Below are positions 61,376 through 64,000 of a stretch of 64,000 nt of DNA, one piece after another. A program made the translations under genes and the position numbers. Location: contig CALVYH010000006.1 in NCBI GenBank assembly GCA_944372115.1, forward strand, positions 47 to 64,046. Reading direction: 5' to 3'. Origin of the DNA: an uncultured Bacilli bacterium (GTDB lineage: Bacteria; Bacillota_I; Bacilli_A; RFN20; CAG-826). The notes beneath the pieces were generated by a model. It searched no databases. It was not told the origin of the DNA and saw only the letters and a program-made list of their open reading frames with translations. Position 1 is the stretch's first letter. Each line of letters opens with the position of its first letter.

Positions 61376-62581
61376 TTAATTATTGTTATTTTCTTGATTA
61401 GAAGGATTAACGTTTTCATTACTAGCAATAGAAGTTTCATTATTTTCTTCATCTAATGGAATAGTTTCTATTTTTACATCATTGCTTGAAGAAGTTTCCT
61501 CTTTTTTATTTTTTATTTTTTCTTTCTCTTCTTTTTTTAAACGTTTTTCTTCTTCTTTTTTAGCTCGTTTTTCTATCTTTATTCTTTCTTTTTCTTCCTT
61601 TTCTTTTCTTATTTTTTCTTCTTCTTCAAGTTTTCTTTGTTTATATAATTCTTTTTCTTTTTTAGAAGAAGAAAGTCCGATAATTAATGAAACAAACGCA
61701 AAGATAATTAAAGCTGAAAGAATTGAAATAAAACTGATAATAACTATTTTACCTTCCTCAGTTAATGAGGTCGAAGAAGTGATATTTGCATTTAAAAAAA
61801 TTGTTGCATCAACTGTTTTAATATCAGCACTATTTTTTACTCCATCTAAACTAAATTGAGCGACTAAATAGTTATTTAAGATGTAAGCTTCAGGATCTGA
61901 AACAAATGTTGATGTAATTTTCCCTTCATTTGAATAGCGAATATCTAAACCAACAAATAAATCCCAAGGTTCATCTTCTAATTTATAACGAACTTTAAAA
62001 GTAGTAGAAGAAGAATCAGCGGAAACAATTCGATTAATAATTTCAAAATTTGAAACTTTCAACTCTTTATAACGATGTGCGTTAGCTTCTTTTCCAGTAA
62101 TGCTATAAGTAGTAAATTCAAAATCTTCAGTAAAGATATAAGAATAATCTTTAAAATCGAATTTGATATCTTTTGTTTCGCCAGGTAAAATACATAAATC
62201 TTCTTTTGATGGGTAGATATAATCTTCTCCAAAAGTTACTTCATATTTTTTATCAATAACAAAAGTAATTGTTGAATCAATTACATAAGAACCATGGTTT
62301 GTAATATTGAAAGTATATAAGAAGTTTTCCTTTTTAGGTGGTTCAACTGGAGTTGTTTCTCCTCCATCTTTTCCACCTTCGTTTTCTTTTTGGTCATTTT
62401 CTATTGGTTCTTCATCTTCAATTGGTGTGTCATCTTCATTTTCTTCGATTACTTCAGTAATTGAGTTAACACTAAAATTTGAATAATGAGCGTCATGGCC
62501 AATATAAGGAATAGGTGCAACAGAATTACTCATTAAAAGAGGAAATAATGCGACAAGAAGTAATAATTTATTCTTTTTCAT
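61376..62581 (-). CDS. type I membrane / surface protein: signal peptide, ~270-aa ectodomain, TM anchor, KE-rich cytoplasmic tail
   Basis: Signal peptide MKKNKLLLLVALFPLLMSNSVA. TM IVIISFISILSALIIFAFVSLIIGL. Tail KEKEEKERIKIEKRAKKEEEKRLKKEEKEK. Confidence 0.5.
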   Translation of the reverse strand: MKKNKLLLLVALFPLLMSNSVAPIPYIGHDAHYSNFSVNSITEVIEENEDDTPIEDEEPIENDQKENEGGKDGGETTPVEPPKKENFLYTFNITNHGSYVIDSTITFVIDKKYEVTFGEDYIYPSKEDLCILPGETKDIKFDFKDYSYIFTEDFEFTTYSITGKEANAHRYKELKVSNFEIINRIVSADSSSTTFKVRYKLEDEPWDLFVGLDIRYSNEGKITSTFVSDPEAYILNNYLVAQFSLDGVKNSADIKTVDATIFLNANITSSTSLTEEGKIVIISFISILSALIIFAFVSLIIGLSSSKKEKELYKQRKLEEEEKIRKEKEEKERIKIEKRAKKEEEKRLKKEEKEKIKNKKEETSSSNDVKIETIPLDEENNETSIASNENVNPSNQENNNN

Positions 62582-62583
62582 AA

Positions 62584-63405
62584 TTAATTTTCCTCCTTTT
62601 TCTCCTTTGCTTTTTTAACAACTAACCCAATTGTTAAACCAAAAGTAACTAAAGTAACTAAAGCTAGTGTACTTAAAGTTGAAATGATAACGATTTCTGC
62701 TGTATCGAATGAATAATCTTCTTTTACTTCTACAGAACCAAGATAAAAATATGGTGTTAAATCGCTTATTTCGCTTTCTAAAATATTTCCATCAATTTTT
62801 AAAGTAAATGTAAAATTATTCTTATAATAATTATATAAATACTCTTGGGACTGATTAATATAATGAGATTCGTAGTGAGATGTATAATCAAATGTATAAT
62901 CAACCCCATACCCAAATAAATGGACATTATCATCAAAAACATAATTATAAGTTAAATATGTTTTGTTTTCTTTTTGAGAGAAACTTCTCTCAAAAGAATT
63001 AAGTTCGTAATTATTATATGTTTTATATTTGATTGCATTAGTGAAGTTTCGATAAACATCTTCAACCTTTAATTCATAATTTTCAGGAAGTTGAGAGATT
63101 TTAACATATAAATCTTTTGTTTCATTAGGAATAATAATGGATTCAAAATCACTAAAGATTGATGCTCTAATAGTTTCGACATTATTTTCAAGTTCTAAAT
63201 AAAATTCACTATCTTCAAAGATAGTATATTCTCCATTATTGGTGATATTAAAAGTATAAAACGAATAATTATTTTCGTCTTTTGTAATGGTATTTATTGT
63301 GAAATCATAATATTTATCAACATAAGTATTATCTACATAAGCAGGTGAATTACTCATTAATATTGGGCACAATAAAATTGGTAAAATTTTCTTTAAGTTT
63401 TTCAT
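62584..63405 (-). CDS. paralogous type I membrane / surface protein (signal peptide + ectodomain + C-terminal TM)
   Basis: Signal peptide MKNLKKILPILLCPILMSNSPA. It shares an ectodomain block with the neighbour: YTFNITNNGEYTI here, YTFNITNHGSYVI in the neighbour. Confidence 0.5.
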   Translation of the reverse strand: MKNLKKILPILLCPILMSNSPAYVDNTYVDKYYDFTINTITKDENNYSFYTFNITNNGEYTIFEDSEFYLELENNVETIRASIFSDFESIIIPNETKDLYVKISQLPENYELKVEDVYRNFTNAIKYKTYNNYELNSFERSFSQKENKTYLTYNYVFDDNVHLFGYGVDYTFDYTSHYESHYINQSQEYLYNYYKNNFTFTLKIDGNILESEISDLTPYFYLGSVEVKEDYSFDTAEIVIISTLSTLALVTLVTFGLTIGLVVKKAKEKKEEN

Positions 63406-63504
63406 ACAACTATTTTAGTTTAAATATTACTAATAAACAAATTAATTTAATTAAATGGTGAATAAATATTGATAAAACTCTCTATAACATTTATATTTTT
63501 AAGC

Positions 63505-64000
63505 ATGGATAAAATAAAAGCAATTTTCTTAGATTTTGATTGGACCTTGTTTGATCATAAAGTTAGAGATTTTAATAAAAAAGGAATAGAAGGGTTAAAA
63601 AAAGCCTATGAAAACGGAGTCAAATTAATTATTAATTCTGCTAGAAGCAATTATTCTTTAAAAGGATTAAATACTTTTAATCTTCTCCCTATTGATGGAA
63701 GAATTGTTTCTAATGGTGGTGCAGCTATTTTTGATGGGAAAGTTTTATATGCTGATCTTTTTCCTATTAATTTAAGTAACGAATTTATAAAACTTTTAAA
63801 CGATAATAATTTTTCTTATAACATTGTTACTTTAGAAAATAATTATATAAAAGCAGCAAATAAAGATATTGTTAATGATTTTTACCAAGTATTTTATGAA
63901 CCTTTTCCATTAGATATTTCTTTATATAAAAACGAAGAAGTTTTAGCTATTCAAGTTCTTTGCTATGAAAAAGATGAAAAGCTTGTTAAGGAGTTTAGTG
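63505..64000 (+). CDS. Cof-type HAD-IIB family hydrolase (3'-truncated by the window edge)
   Basis: IKAIFLDFDWTLFDH (DxD motif I) and INSARS (motif II). Confidence 0.7.
   Translation, partial: MDKIKAIFLDFDWTLFDHKVRDFNKKGIEGLKKAYENGVKLIINSARSNYSLKGLNTFNLLPIDGRIVSNGGAAIFDGKVLYADLFPINLSNEFIKLLNDNNFSYNIVTLENNYIKAANKDIVNDFYQVFYEPFPLDISLYKNEEVLAIQVLCYEKDEKLVKEFS

Noticed and set aside
61482-61859. Plus-strand Ser / Phe-rich 125-aa ORF
   Set aside because: Antisense to the KE-repeat tail of the surface protein gene (complement of AAG / GAA repeats).

Overview
This is a very AT-rich bacterial window, roughly 25-28% GC by eye. It uses the standard genetic code: long intact ORFs are bounded by TGA stops, and Trp is encoded by TGG. 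The gene content looks low-GC Firmicutes / wall-less Mollicutes-like (for example Acholeplasma or Erysipelotrichia-type), but I cannot assign a genus from sequence alone.

The right half, about 33.5-60.3 kb, is conserved housekeeping. It carries ntdp, then tsaE-tsaB-rimI-tsaD, asnS, pcrA-ligA-gatCAB, pepC, two large fused ABC ATPase-FtsX permease genes, csp, ychF, ispF, gltX, rpoE, fba, an IMPase-family gene and nfu.

The left half is accessory and defence-flavoured:
- 1-1.7 kb: a DUF4143 AAA-ATPase plus a C-terminal remnant of a second copy.
- 3.4-6.1 kb: a divergently arranged Sau3AI-like (GATC) type II R-M system, pairing a C5-MTase with a MutH/Sau3AI-family endonuclease.
- 6.6-8.4 kb: a GH13 amylase.
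- 9.2-10.8 kb: an AbiEi/AbiEii toxin-antitoxin pair whose toxin gene is disrupted by a poly-A frameshift and an in-frame TAA.
- 10.8-14.0 kb: nrdD-nrdG, where NrdD carries an unusual C-terminal NrdH/glutaredoxin-like CxxC domain.
- 14.2-18.9 kb: a ygbA-like / YbaN / CydDC-like ABC exporter cluster, bracketed by two copies of a ~75-bp bipartite CACGTG-containing element.
- 19.7-23.4 kb: a tRNA-Lys(CTT) followed by a higher-GC islet. It encodes a small HTH (C-protein-like), an M.HaeIII-like C5-MTase, its ~320-aa restriction endonuclease, and a cytoplasmic trypsin-like serine protease.
- 23.4-27.3 kb: a TetR regulator and an SDR oxidoreductase, then Ung, then a TPP riboswitch in front of an extended ThiT-like transporter.
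- 27.4-33.5 kb: a cassette of a small basic ORF, an XRE HTH, an acidic five-fold 'PFLDDD' repeat protein and a heterodimeric ABC exporter, followed by a hypothetical membrane protein (32434-33492).

I found no CRISPR array, no transposase or integrase, and no rRNA. The most interesting candidates are the protease-associated R-M islet at tRNA-Lys, the NrdD-redoxin fusion, the duplicated CACGTG module, and the XRE / PFLD-repeat / ABC cassette.
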